Below, piece after piece: positions 15,061 to 24,604 of a stretch of DNA of 26,926 bases. The notes under the pieces were generated by a model. The model was given only the letters and a program-made list of their open reading frames with translations, had not been told where the DNA came from and did no database searches. The DNA is from a virus (Duplodnaviria; Caudoviricetes). Within the stretch, counting starts at the first letter, position 1. Every line of letters starts with the position of its first letter. Both the position numbers and the translations under genes were made by a program. The DNA is taken from positions 1 through 26,926 of IMG/VR virus record IMGVR_UViG_3300010244_000003. One strand, 5' to 3'.

Positions 15061-18000
15061 ATGGCTGGAGGACCAGACGGTCCCGTGGTTGGCCGGGTAT
15101 CAATCCGGGTCACCCCGAATGTTCAGAATTTCCGCGAGAAGGTGGAGCAGCAGCTCTCCGGCCTCCGGGATGCCGAGGTGGACATCGCCCCGGACGTATC
15201 CGGGTTCCGGGAGCAGGTCAACGCTGCTACCCGGGGATTGCGAGCACAGGTCAACACCGATCTGGATTCCTCCGGCCTTCGCCGACAGGCCCAGACAGCC
15301 GCTGCCGCTGCCTCCGGCCAGGACGTAGAGTTTGACGCTGAGCTGGACGCGCTGGGGCTGCGACAGGAAGCCCGGCTGGCGGCTAACCGGGCATCGGGCC
15401 ACGAGATCAAGTTCACCCCGGACTGGGATACCCGTCTGGGCAAGCACCTTATTATGCCGGAGTCCGCTGAACTCCCCGGCCTGAAGGCGGATCTGGCAGC
15501 CCTGGGCTCCCAGGTGAAGAACATCACCCTGAAGCCGTTTGTCCGCTCCACCGGCGAGGCACGAGCCGCGTTCAAGCCCCTGACAGGGACCGCTCGGACG
15601 TTCCACCGTGCCCTCCAGGCCATTGGACTGACCACCCGCCGGGCTACGCCCGAGCTGGAGCAGTTCGACCGTGTGATGCGGCGAACAACCCGGGGATACA
15701 AGATCAACCGGGCCATGCTCCGGTGGTTCTCCGATGTCCGCACACTCACGGATCGGGGAATCGGGCAGCCATTCGTTAACGGCCTGGGGCGGCTCAACAA
15801 GGCCGCCAAGAACACAGCCACCAGCATCCGGGAGATTAACCAGGCAGCGGGCCTGGACAACAACCAGCTACGACAGACTACCCGGGAACAGGTTGAGTGG
15901 CTGGAGCGAGAGATCGACGCGCTGCACAAGCTCGGTGTTGAGCGGAAGAAGATCAACCGCAAGGGCAAGAACAACAAGCAGCGCCGCATCGAGATCCGGG
16001 ACCTGAAGGAAGCTGCTCAGGGTCTCCGGGATATGGGACCCATCGAGCTTCGGGATAACCTCCCGGCGTTCACCGAGCGGGTCCGGAAGATGCAGGAGCA
16101 GATCGGCTCCACCGAGGAGTTCACCCGGTTCCAGGACGGTATCGACCGATCCAACCACGCGCTTCGCCGTCTCCGCCAGGGGATGAAGATGGACCGGCTG
16201 GTCGGCAGCTTCGACACGAACAAGCTCCGCAGCCAGATCGAGTACATCGGCGGGGCGTTCGGAAACCTCCGCCGGCGTATGCGGGGAATGAGCCAGGACA
16301 TCCAGCTCACCGGCCTCACCGGAATCCGGCGCAAGTTCTCCGGACTCCGAGGAGGAATCGAGCGGACCACAGAATCCTCCCGGGGGATGGGTAAGACCCT
16401 CCGCAACGCCTTCTCCAAGACCGCATCGGCAGGGATTAAGACAGCATCCTCTGCGATCAAGGGTGTCGGGGCCGCAGCCAAGGGTGCTGGCAAGGCCGTG
16501 AAGAGCATGGGCAAGGCCATTAGCTCTGGCGGCGGTAAACGCCGTAAGATTCTGGGCCTTTCCACTATGGCCTGGAAGGTCGGGGCTATCGCCTCAGTCC
16601 TCGCCCCGGCTATCAGCGTGGTCAGTGGTCTGGCAGCGTCGTTGCCGGCGCTGGGCAGTGCAGCTGTTGCGGCCTTGGGTGTGACTGCCCTGGGCTTCGA
16701 GGGTATCAAGGATGCAGCCTCGGCAATGGAGCCCGCTGTTGGTCGGGCGCAGGATGCTCTCTCGGACATGTTCCGCACCCGGATGACTCCCCAGTTCGAG
16801 CAGTTGGGAGGTGTCCTGGATAGTGTTCGTGGTGAGCTGGTGGGAGTGGGCGAGGGCCTGACTTCCATCTCACAGGGCTTCGTGGATGCCGTCTCCTCGG
16901 AAGAGGGTGTCGGCATGATCGAGGAGTTCCTGGGCAACACCGGCCAGATGTTCAAGCAGATCAAGCCGTTCGCTGAAGATTTCACAACGGGACTGCTGGA
17001 TATGGCCTCCGCTGGCTCGGAGACCTTCGATACTCTGGGCAACGGACTGAACAGGTTTGGCCGCTCGTTCAAGGAGAACGTCGCGGAGCTTACCGAGTCC
17101 GGCGAGATGCAGCGGGCTATCGAGAACACCTACTCGGTGATCGGAAACCTGGGCACGAACCTGGGCCGCGTGCTCCGTGTCGGTATTGAGTCGTTCGATG
17201 ACGACATGCGTGATTCGATCAACCACCTGACAGACGGTATCGGAGATGCTGTTGTCGGGCTGACCCCGGTTCTGGCCTCCCTCTCCGAGGGTGTGTTCGA
17301 TGTGTTCGGCACCGTAGGCACTGAGCTGGGCGAGATCGGTACCGCTATAGCCCCCAGCTTCGACACTGTTATGGAGGAGCTTAGCCGAGGAGGCTCCGAT
17401 CTCGTTTCCGGGATCGGGGACCTTGCAGTTGAGCTGGGTCCCGCAGTTGGAGAGTTGGCGGCAGCGGTCGCCCCGGTGGCTGGGGATCTCCTCTCCGGCC
17501 TCGGACAGGACCTGGAGAACGCCTCCAACACCTTGGACGAACACGCCCCGGATCTGGAAGAGAACCTTGGCCGGATCGGTGATGCGTTCGCAGACCTTAC
17601 CGGGAACGCCGTTCCAGAAGGTGAAGATGTCGGGACCCTGGAAAAGATTTTCGGGGCTCCTCTGGTTTCTGAGTCCGACGCACAGTTGGTCGAGGATCTG
17701 TCCGATAGCATGGCAACCTTCATGGAGAATCTAGCCGAGGATGCTCCCGCGTTCGCGGAGGATGTGAAGTCGGTTGCCGGGTCCATCGACAATTTTGTGG
17801 ATAGAGCCAAGAATAAGTGGAATGACTTTTTCGGAGGCACATCACTGAATTGGGGCCCTCCGGATCTGAAGATGGGGTCTGCCGAAGGTGGCTCCCCGAG
17901 TTTGACGGAGATTGGTCTCCCAGATTTCAGTTCCGAAGATCTGAATATCCCGGACATCTCCACCGAGTTGGATGGGATGCGGGAGGACATCAACACCTTC

Positions 18001-19986
18001 GTCACCGACACCCAGACCCAGTTCTCCAACTGGGCAAGCACCATCGGTACCACGGTCAACACCGCGATGACCACACTGGTTACCACGGTGCAGACCCGGC
18101 TGGTGACCATCGCAACGTCCGTCTCCACGTTCTTTGCGACGCTGGCGCAGGCTGTGGTCACGGGGATGTCCCAGATCTCCACCTACGTCTCCACGATGAT
18201 GCAGCAGATCGCGCTGAGCACGATCACCGGGCTTCAGCTGATCCTGAACCAGGTGACGGTGTTCTTCACGGTGCTGGCTGCTCAGGTTGTCCAGCGCATG
18301 ACCACGCTGGTGACCCTGGTTCAGCAGTCGATGATGCTGATTACCCAGACAGTGGTTACTCACCTGACGATGCTCCAGCAGCAGGTGGTTATGGTTATGC
18401 AGTTGATTACTGTCACTGTGACCAATTCCCTGGTGCAGATGCAGACTGCTATTGCGACGATGGTTCCGCAGCTCGTGGTGTCGTTCATCACGCCGCTGCT
18501 GATGCTGCCGCCGCAGGTGACCATGATCTTCACCCAGGTCACTATGGCAATGACCGTGGCGCTGACAGCGGCTATCGGGATTGTCACGGGCCTGGCAAGC
18601 TCCTTCGTCTCCGCGATCCGGGGACGGCTGAACGCCCTGATCGGAGTTGTCTCGGGGATCTTCTCCGAGGTGGTCAGTACGATCAGCGGAGTGTTCGGAG
18701 GCGCTGTCGGCCTGGTCGCCGGTATCGCAGCCAGCGCCGTGGCTGCTGTGTCCGGTGCCCTTTCGTCTCTACCGGGGATCGCTGCCGGCATCTTCTCCTT
18801 AATGGTCAGCGGAATTATGGGGATTGTCTCCGAGTTGGCGAGCCAGCTCCCGGCCTCCTTCGGGGAGATGATCTCCGTAGCTGTCGGGATTATTGCCATT
18901 CTCCCGAGCAGGGCCCGGGGCGCTCTCTCCGGTATCGGAGGGGTCCTGGTGTCCTCTGGTGTGGCCCTGGTGCGGGGCTTCATCAAAGGTATCCGTTCGA
19001 TGATCGGCGCAGTCGCTTCCGCAGCATCCGAAGTGGTCTCAGCCGCCCGTAACTTCTTCCCGTTCTCCCCGGCGAAGGAAGGCCCGTTCTCGGGACGAGG
19101 CTATACGCTGTACTCGGGCATCGCCCTGGTGCAGGACTTCGCCAAGGGAATGGAGTCCCAGGTGGCGACGGTGAGGAAGGCGGCATCCGATGTCGCTGGA
19201 GCTGCCCAGCGGGAGTTTGGCGGCCTGACCGTGAACCCGTCCGGGTTTATGGAAGGATTCCACCGCGACAACATCCTCCAGGAGACCCTGGAGGCGAACG
19301 CGAAGAAGATCAACGACTTCCGCGAGCGGGAGGCTGACTCCGCTGAGCGGCTGAACGAGCGGATCGCTAAGATCAACGAGTCGGACGCTGACCAGGCCCG
19401 CAAGGAAGAGCGGATCGCTGCTGCCCGCGAGAGTGCCGCTGAGAGGTCCGCCGAGGCCAAGGAGCGGCTGCACGAATCGCTGGAGGCTCCGGACTATTCC
19501 CGGATCGACCGGAGCTTCGAGAGCTACTGGGTCCAGGGGATGCGGGACGCTCTGACACAGGGAGTCCAGAACATCGCCTCGGACATGGATCTCGCCGGCC
19601 AGACCCGGAACATGGCACTGGCCGCTGTCCAGGAGGGTCGCCGAGTGTTCGGCTCGCACCCGATCTTCAACCAGGTTGAGGCTTCGGTGCAGGCGGAGCA
19701 CTTCGCGGATGTGCTCCAGAAGGTTATCGAGGAGTCGGGGATCGCAGAGATCCCGGTGGACTTCGCAGTCTCCAACCTGGATCAGCTGAAGCGCGACCTG
19801 GGCATGGGCGACGGCCTCGTGTCCCGTGCTCTGGATGCGGTGACCACCACCGATCCGACTGACACGGACTCTGCGTGGGCCAAGGAGAACAACGTCACCG
19901 AGGTTCACTACCACGTCGAGGACATGCAGGAGGCTATCCGCCTGGAGAACCAGCGGCAGCGCAAGGAAATGATGAAGATGAAGTAA
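15061..19986 (+). CDS. tape measure protein
   Basis: 1641 aa; VGRVSIRVTP N-terminus, helical Ala/Gly-rich and hydrophobic repeats, FPFSPAKEGPFSGRG motif. Confidence 0.95.
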   Translation: MAGGPDGPVVGRVSIRVTPNVQNFREKVEQQLSGLRDAEVDIAPDVSGFREQVNAATRGLRAQVNTDLDSSGLRRQAQTAAAAASGQDVEFDAELDALGLRQEARLAANRASGHEIKFTPDWDTRLGKHLIMPESAELPGLKADLAALGSQVKNITLKPFVRSTGEARAAFKPLTGTARTFHRALQAIGLTTRRATPELEQFDRVMRRTTRGYKINRAMLRWFSDVRTLTDRGIGQPFVNGLGRLNKAAKNTATSIREINQAAGLDNNQLRQTTREQVEWLEREIDALHKLGVERKKINRKGKNNKQRRIEIRDLKEAAQGLRDMGPIELRDNLPAFTERVRKMQEQIGSTEEFTRFQDGIDRSNHALRRLRQGMKMDRLVGSFDTNKLRSQIEYIGGAFGNLRRRMRGMSQDIQLTGLTGIRRKFSGLRGGIERTTESSRGMGKTLRNAFSKTASAGIKTASSAIKGVGAAAKGAGKAVKSMGKAISSGGGKRRKILGLSTMAWKVGAIASVLAPAISVVSGLAASLPALGSAAVAALGVTALGFEGIKDAASAMEPAVGRAQDALSDMFRTRMTPQFEQLGGVLDSVRGELVGVGEGLTSISQGFVDAVSSEEGVGMIEEFLGNTGQMFKQIKPFAEDFTTGLLDMASAGSETFDTLGNGLNRFGRSFKENVAELTESGEMQRAIENTYSVIGNLGTNLGRVLRVGIESFDDDMRDSINHLTDGIGDAVVGLTPVLASLSEGVFDVFGTVGTELGEIGTAIAPSFDTVMEELSRGGSDLVSGIGDLAVELGPAVGELAAAVAPVAGDLLSGLGQDLENASNTLDEHAPDLEENLGRIGDAFADLTGNAVPEGEDVGTLEKIFGAPLVSESDAQLVEDLSDSMATFMENLAEDAPAFAEDVKSVAGSIDNFVDRAKNKWNDFFGGTSLNWGPPDLKMGSAEGGSPSLTEIGLPDFSSEDLNIPDISTELDGMREDINTFVTDTQTQFSNWASTIGTTVNTAMTTLVTTVQTRLVTIATSVSTFFATLAQAVVTGMSQISTYVSTMMQQIALSTITGLQLILNQVTVFFTVLAAQVVQRMTTLVTLVQQSMMLITQTVVTHLTMLQQQVVMVMQLITVTVTNSLVQMQTAIATMVPQLVVSFITPLLMLPPQVTMIFTQVTMAMTVALTAAIGIVTGLASSFVSAIRGRLNALIGVVSGIFSEVVSTISGVFGGAVGLVAGIAASAVAAVSGALSSLPGIAAGIFSLMVSGIMGIVSELASQLPASFGEMISVAVGIIAILPSRARGALSGIGGVLVSSGVALVRGFIKGIRSMIGAVASAASEVVSAARNFFPFSPAKEGPFSGRGYTLYSGIALVQDFAKGMESQVATVRKAASDVAGAAQREFGGLTVNPSGFMEGFHRDNILQETLEANAKKINDFREREADSAERLNERIAKINESDADQARKEERIAAARESAAERSAEAKERLHESLEAPDYSRIDRSFESYWVQGMRDALTQGVQNIASDMDLAGQTRNMALAAVQEGRRVFGSHPIFNQVEASVQAEHFADVLQKVIEESGIAEIPVDFAVSNLDQLKRDLGMGDGLVSRALDAVTTTDPTDTDSAWAKENNVTEVHYHVEDMQEAIRLENQRQRKEMMKMK

Positions 19987-19996
19987 AGGAGTTCTA

Positions 19997-20836
19997 ATGG
20001 AAACGGTTGTTGAGATTACCGGGGTGAACGGCGATGTGGTCGTTCTCTCCGGGGATCAGGTAGGCGAGGACGGGATGTGGCTGGCTACCGAGCTTGAAGG
20101 GTTCTACGACCCCGAGATCGAGACAGTCACCCGCGCCCCCGCCAACCGCTCGGGCACCCGGTTTATCTCGCACCGTATCCTGGAGCGGACTCTGATCTTC
20201 CGAGTCACCATCGCCAACGACGAGGGTATCGGTCAGACCTGGCGCGAGCGGGACGCTCGCTGGCGCAAGCTCTGGTCCCCCAACAAGTACACCCGGATCA
20301 GGGTCATCACCGACGACGGTAGCCGCACGCTGAAGGCCCGTCTGTCGGAGATCCAGGTGCAGATGAACACCGACCCGCACGTCAACGATGCCACCGACGT
20401 GAACATGACGGTGGTTGCCGATGACCCGTTCTGGTACGCCCCGGATGACACCTACGAGGTCACCGTGAACGGGTCTGCCACGATCCCGGTGCTTCTGGCG
20501 AATCCCACCGAGAACCCCGTGTTCCCGGTCTGGGTGCTGGAGGCACCGGGTGCCTGGACCATTCCGGACTGGTCCCCCGACACCCCGGACAAGCAGATTC
20601 CGATGCCGGAGATCTCCGGTGGAGCCCACCTGGTGGTGGACACGGACCCGGCTGCTCGCCAGCTCCAGTCCGCTGCCGGGGACCCGGTGTGGGCCCGGAT
20701 GAACGGGGTCCGGTTCCGTAACCACCTCCCGGGGTTCACTGGGAAAGTTGATTTCAATATTTCTGTAGATGCAGATTCCCCGAGGCAGGCTCAGCTCCGA
20801 CTGAAGCGCCCGTTCAACCGTCCGTGGGGTGTTTAA
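19997..20836 (+). CDS. minor tail protein (distal tail, L5 gp27-like)
   Basis: TVVEITGVNG, GFYDPEIE, VADDPFWY, NPT and RPWG C-terminus. Confidence 0.85.
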   Translation: METVVEITGVNGDVVVLSGDQVGEDGMWLATELEGFYDPEIETVTRAPANRSGTRFISHRILERTLIFRVTIANDEGIGQTWRERDARWRKLWSPNKYTRIRVITDDGSRTLKARLSEIQVQMNTDPHVNDATDVNMTVVADDPFWYAPDDTYEVTVNGSATIPVLLANPTENPVFPVWVLEAPGAWTIPDWSPDTPDKQIPMPEISGGAHLVVDTDPAARQLQSAAGDPVWARMNGVRFRNHLPGFTGKVDFNISVDADSPRQAQLRLKRPFNRPWGV

Positions 20837-22463
20837 GTTGTTTGATCCGGACCAAGTTTTTAAAGATATTAAAGAGACCGAGCGGCAGTTCGCCGCTGGC
20901 AGAGATGAACCAGCCCGAGTCCGGCTCTGGGACGGTAACTGGAACCAGTTTGCCGAGGTCGAGGTTCACTACGGGCTGGATTTCCAGTTCCTGAACCTGG
21001 ACGCTGGCAACGCCACCCTGACCCTCCCGGTGGATCACGCCGTGGCTGAGGCTCTGATGGATGTCCGGGAGTGGCCCACAAAGAGCATGTACGCCACCTT
21101 CGATAAGGATGGGGCCCGCTGGTCGGGCCGGTTGATTAACCGGGCCGTGGAGGTCAACTACAAGGGCGAGCAGTACATGGAGCTGTCGTTCGTCCACGAC
21201 TACATCAAGCTGAAGGAGCTGCTGGTCTGGGCCAACCCGTTCCTGCTGGCCGAGGTTCAGTTCCCGAAGGCGTGGATGCTGTTCGGCCCGGCCCGCTGGG
21301 TGGTCGCCACCACCCTGTTCGTGAACCTGCTACGCAAGAATAACTCGCTGTGGATGGTTCCGGACGACCCGCTGGACTTCGGGCAGTGGTTCGACCTGGA
21401 CATGAGCAAGTGGAACATGGCTGTGAAGCCGGTCAGCTTCCTGGATGACTCTAGCCCTACGGCTGTTGTCTCCTCCCGGTTCAAGACCTTCCACGACTGC
21501 GTGAAGGACGTGTGCCTGGACGCTCAGCTCACCATCGAGGCCCGCCGGTACCTTCCGGGCGACCCTGACCCGATCCCGGGCATGAACCTCCGGTACGGCT
21601 GCCTGGTGTTCGAGATCGTGGACAAGTCCGGCTGGAACAAGGAGACCAGCTTCTTCGGAAGCATGGTCGATGGACTGACCCGGGCTATCCGCCGCGTCAC
21701 CGACGACGGCATGGTCGAGGACCTGGACTACATCGAGCGGGTTGAATACCCCGACGAATACTACGATTCGGCCTTCCTCGGCTCCAGGCCGGAGGCCCCC
21801 TGGGTCGTGCTGGAGCACGGCCCGTACACGGGTATGGAGTCCACCCGGAGCGAATACGAACCCCCGGGACCGTCCCAGTTCGTCACCGGCGGTTCGAGCA
21901 GGACCGGTATCAACGAGGCTCTGAAGGCATCGGTTATCGGTATCGGTGGATTCATCGGTTCACTGTTCGACCAGTCCCAGGCCGGCAGTATCGCTGCCGA
22001 GCTGCTGGAGCCGTTGTACTCCGATGTGTTCTTCGCCTTCCAGGCGCACAAGCAGCACGACCGCATCGCAGAGCAGGGATGGGATTTCCCGTTCGAGCAC
22101 TGGGTGGACGGCGCTGACAAGGCGTACACGCTCTCGGCGCTGTCGTCCTTGCGAAAGGCCAAGACCGACACCCGCGAGCGCCAGTCGGTGGAGGTCACCA
22201 TGAACAACGGTGCCCCCTACTGGGTTGGCCCGGAGGGTCACGGTGACTTCTTCATCGGGGATCGAGTAGCTGTCCACGCCCTGGGAATGCCCGAGGACTA
22301 CCTCGCTGTGGAGCACGTAGAGAAGCTGGACTACTCCGAGTCCGGTCCAGCCGGCGAGTGGGAGATCAGTGTTGGTAAGCCGGAGTTCGCCTCCGGGATG
22401 GAGTATGTTTCCGGCCTGCTGGAGGACACCAGGGCCGGTCTGAAGGATCTAGGAGTTTGGTAA
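20829..22463 (+). CDS. minor tail protein (baseplate hub, L5 gp28-like)
   Basis: VRLWDGNW, DKDGARWSGR, WANPFL, DGADKAYTLS and GDFFIGDRV motifs. Confidence 0.88.
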   Translation: MFKLFDPDQVFKDIKETERQFAAGRDEPARVRLWDGNWNQFAEVEVHYGLDFQFLNLDAGNATLTLPVDHAVAEALMDVREWPTKSMYATFDKDGARWSGRLINRAVEVNYKGEQYMELSFVHDYIKLKELLVWANPFLLAEVQFPKAWMLFGPARWVVATTLFVNLLRKNNSLWMVPDDPLDFGQWFDLDMSKWNMAVKPVSFLDDSSPTAVVSSRFKTFHDCVKDVCLDAQLTIEARRYLPGDPDPIPGMNLRYGCLVFEIVDKSGWNKETSFFGSMVDGLTRAIRRVTDDGMVEDLDYIERVEYPDEYYDSAFLGSRPEAPWVVLEHGPYTGMESTRSEYEPPGPSQFVTGGSSRTGINEALKASVIGIGGFIGSLFDQSQAGSIAAELLEPLYSDVFFAFQAHKQHDRIAEQGWDFPFEHWVDGADKAYTLSALSSLRKAKTDTRERQSVEVTMNNGAPYWVGPEGHGDFFIGDRVAVHALGMPEDYLAVEHVEKLDYSESGPAGEWEISVGKPEFASGMEYVSGLLEDTRAGLKDLGVW

Positions 22464-22849
22464 TGAGGCTACAGCACGAGACGGATCTCGATGATCCGAA
22501 GCAGCGGTTCGGTTGGGCGTTCCGGGAGATCACGGTCAACGGGAACCCTACGGCGATCCCGGAGCCTGTCCTGGAGGAGTGGTCCCAGCGACTGGCCCAG
22601 GCCGGGTTCCTACACATCGACCAGGTTAGGCAGATTCTCGGTGACGAGGCAGCGGACCAGTTGCCCCAGCAGGAGATCCACTACCAGCCCCCGATCCGGG
22701 GCCAGGACCACGCGATGAACACCAGCGGAGGCTGGATTCCGGTGTCCGAGCCGGTGAAGCAGCCGATGGTCCCTACTAGTTCGCTAATGACCAAGGAAGA
22801 GAAAGCCAAGATGATCCAGGAGTTCAGGGAGGAGGGAATCATTGACTAG
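22463..22849 (+). CDS. minor tail-associated protein (L5 gp29/DUF2744-like)
   Basis: Start at TAATG overlap after AGGAG; QHETDLDDP, EEWSQRL..AGF and IHYQPPIRG motifs. Confidence 0.8.
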   Translation: MRLQHETDLDDPKQRFGWAFREITVNGNPTAIPEPVLEEWSQRLAQAGFLHIDQVRQILGDEAADQLPQQEIHYQPPIRGQDHAMNTSGGWIPVSEPVKQPMVPTSSLMTKEEKAKMIQEFREEGIID

Positions 22850-24101
22850 CCCGAACGCTAATAAGCCGGAGGGCATCTCCGGCGACTACGATGATGTCCA
22901 CTCCAGAGGATCGTCCTTCGGGCAGGACCTCTCCGCCAAGGGGGTCCGGGACAATCTACTGGGAACGAACATCAGCTGGTTCGAGCGGATCGGCAACTCC
23001 TTCGTAGAAGCTGTGGGCCACATCGGTGACGCTATCTTCTCTGGTATCGACCAGTTATTCGGAGGGTCTGGTAAGGAACTACCACCGCTGTACAAGGGTC
23101 TAACTGATTCAGTTTTTACCGCTGTGAAGCCTATACATTCTCTAGCGGATCGGGCATTAGATAAAGCCACCACCGCCCAGGACAAGGCCGATTCCCTGAA
23201 CGAGGATCTGACCGGCTCCATCGACGGGGATATGTCCGAGGCAGCGGAGAACTACTCCGGCCTCGTCGGGCAGATCAACCAGGAAGCCAAGAAGTTCGGA
23301 CAGTGGGAGGTTGAGCACCAGGAGGATCTGAACGCCAGCTTCTCTCTGGCTCTCTCCGCCCAGGAGCAGATCAATGATGTTAACCAGATCCAGTGGCAGA
23401 CCCAGGCCGACTATAACAAGCAGAATAACGAGATCAACCAGTCTCAGACCGAAGCCCTTAAACTGCACGAGAACCAGCTAATGCTGATGGATGCGGTCCG
23501 TCCCAGGGCCTGGGTGTTCTACACCTCCACCACCCATGATCGAGACCCCTGGGTCTCTGTCCGGGTGAATGACCGGAGCATCGGAGTCACCAGCTACGTA
23601 GAGATCCAGGCTTTAGGTTCCTGGGCCGGTCGGGTGGTAGCCTCCCTCTCGTTCTATGACCAAGGCTCCGGTAGCGAGTCTGCTGTGGATCAGTACGACT
23701 GGTTAGTTACCCGAGGCAGTGCTCAGCATCGCCATATCAGGTTTGATGCCGGAGCAGTGCATATGGGTATTAAAAATGTAGCTGTCACCATCTACCCGTA
23801 CTGGGGTAACGAGAAGCGGGAGTTCCTGCTAAAGCCCTTCGAGGATGATTCAACCAAATCTGGGTACGGTTTCCGGGAGACCGAGGCGTATACCAATGAC
23901 CTGGAAGGCAATCCGATTGTCTGGGGATACGCTGGAGATATTCTCTTCAGCGACCTCACAGTTAGGGCCGACCAGGATGTCTGGGTTCTGGAGGATGATG
24001 ATCAATGGGTGTTCCTTAACGGCTACGGGGGCGATACGATCCCGCCCGGCTACAGTATCCGAGCAGACTCCCTTGACCTTGTAACATTCACCGAAGCCTA
24101 G
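22842..24101 (+). CDS. minor tail protein (probable adsorption component)
   Basis: MTSPN start typical of actinophage minor tails; Q/N-rich coiled coil followed by beta-rich C-terminal domains. Confidence 0.75.
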   Translation: MTSPNANKPEGISGDYDDVHSRGSSFGQDLSAKGVRDNLLGTNISWFERIGNSFVEAVGHIGDAIFSGIDQLFGGSGKELPPLYKGLTDSVFTAVKPIHSLADRALDKATTAQDKADSLNEDLTGSIDGDMSEAAENYSGLVGQINQEAKKFGQWEVEHQEDLNASFSLALSAQEQINDVNQIQWQTQADYNKQNNEINQSQTEALKLHENQLMLMDAVRPRAWVFYTSTTHDRDPWVSVRVNDRSIGVTSYVEIQALGSWAGRVVASLSFYDQGSGSESAVDQYDWLVTRGSAQHRHIRFDAGAVHMGIKNVAVTIYPYWGNEKREFLLKPFEDDSTKSGYGFRETEAYTNDLEGNPIVWGYAGDILFSDLTVRADQDVWVLEDDDQWVFLNGYGGDTIPPGYSIRADSLDLVTFTEA

Positions 24102-24424
24102 CCCAGGGTTGTGTATTAAATTATACGCGGCCCTGCAAGGACCTTAAAAGGAGTAAACCGATGGTCTGTGACCCTCACCCCGGTTCTCACAAAATCCTGC
24201 TCCCGTCGTCACATTCCCACGCCGAAGAGACCCTTGTGCTTTCGACGCACAGGGCCTTCTCCGAACCGCACCGTGGGGGGACTCGCAGCGAACTATCCGT
24301 TCCACGGCGGCTGATACCGAGTTCTCAGCCATTGCTGGGTGGAGCACCGGGGGACGTTTGTGTGCCGGGAACTGTCCGAACTAAACCGGGTGGCAGTTTG
24401 TGTCTAGCCCACCCGATCCCGTTG

Positions 24425-24433
24425 TGCTAGGAT
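24425..24433 (+). promoter_or_regulatory. extended -10 promoter (TG-C-TAGGAT)
   Basis: TGnTANNNT fits SigA-type extended -10; lies just upstream of a two-hairpin unit. Confidence 0.55.
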
Positions 24434-24438
24434 AGGTC

Positions 24439-24516
24439 GCAGACACGAAAGGACTCCTAATCCCTGAGTTTCGTGTTGTGCCCCGTAGACTTTGCCCGAG
24501 TCTGCGGGGCTTCTTA
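24439..24516 (+). ncRNA. putative ~78-nt two-hairpin small RNA
   Basis: Stem GACACGAAA/TTTCGTGTT (24442-24477), then 12-bp stem 24480-24510 plus TTCTTA; G-U pairs favour the + strand. Confidence 0.5.
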
Positions 24517-24563
24517 CTGCCGTCCACAATACACGATCAGGGCGGTACCGCTCCAAGACATAC

Positions 24564-24604
24564 AAAAATAGCCCCCACTCTCCTTGCGGAGAGTGGGGGC
24601 TTTT
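24564..24604 (-). terminator. intrinsic (probably bidirectional) terminator after DNA polymerase
   Basis: Perfect 13-bp stem GCCCCCACTCTCC/GGAGAGTGGGGGC (24571-24600); GCAA loop on - strand; T-tracts on both strands. Confidence 0.9.

Noticed and set aside
17850-19052. 400-aa alternative-frame ORF within tape measure
   Set aside because: His/Asp/Arg-rich off-frame reading of Thr/Val/Met codons; no RBS or domain
24224-24259. Resemblance on - strand to group II intron domain V (..TGTGCGTCGAAAGCAC..)
   Set aside because: Lacks the AGC triad/bulge geometry, domain VI and any RT or interrupted gene
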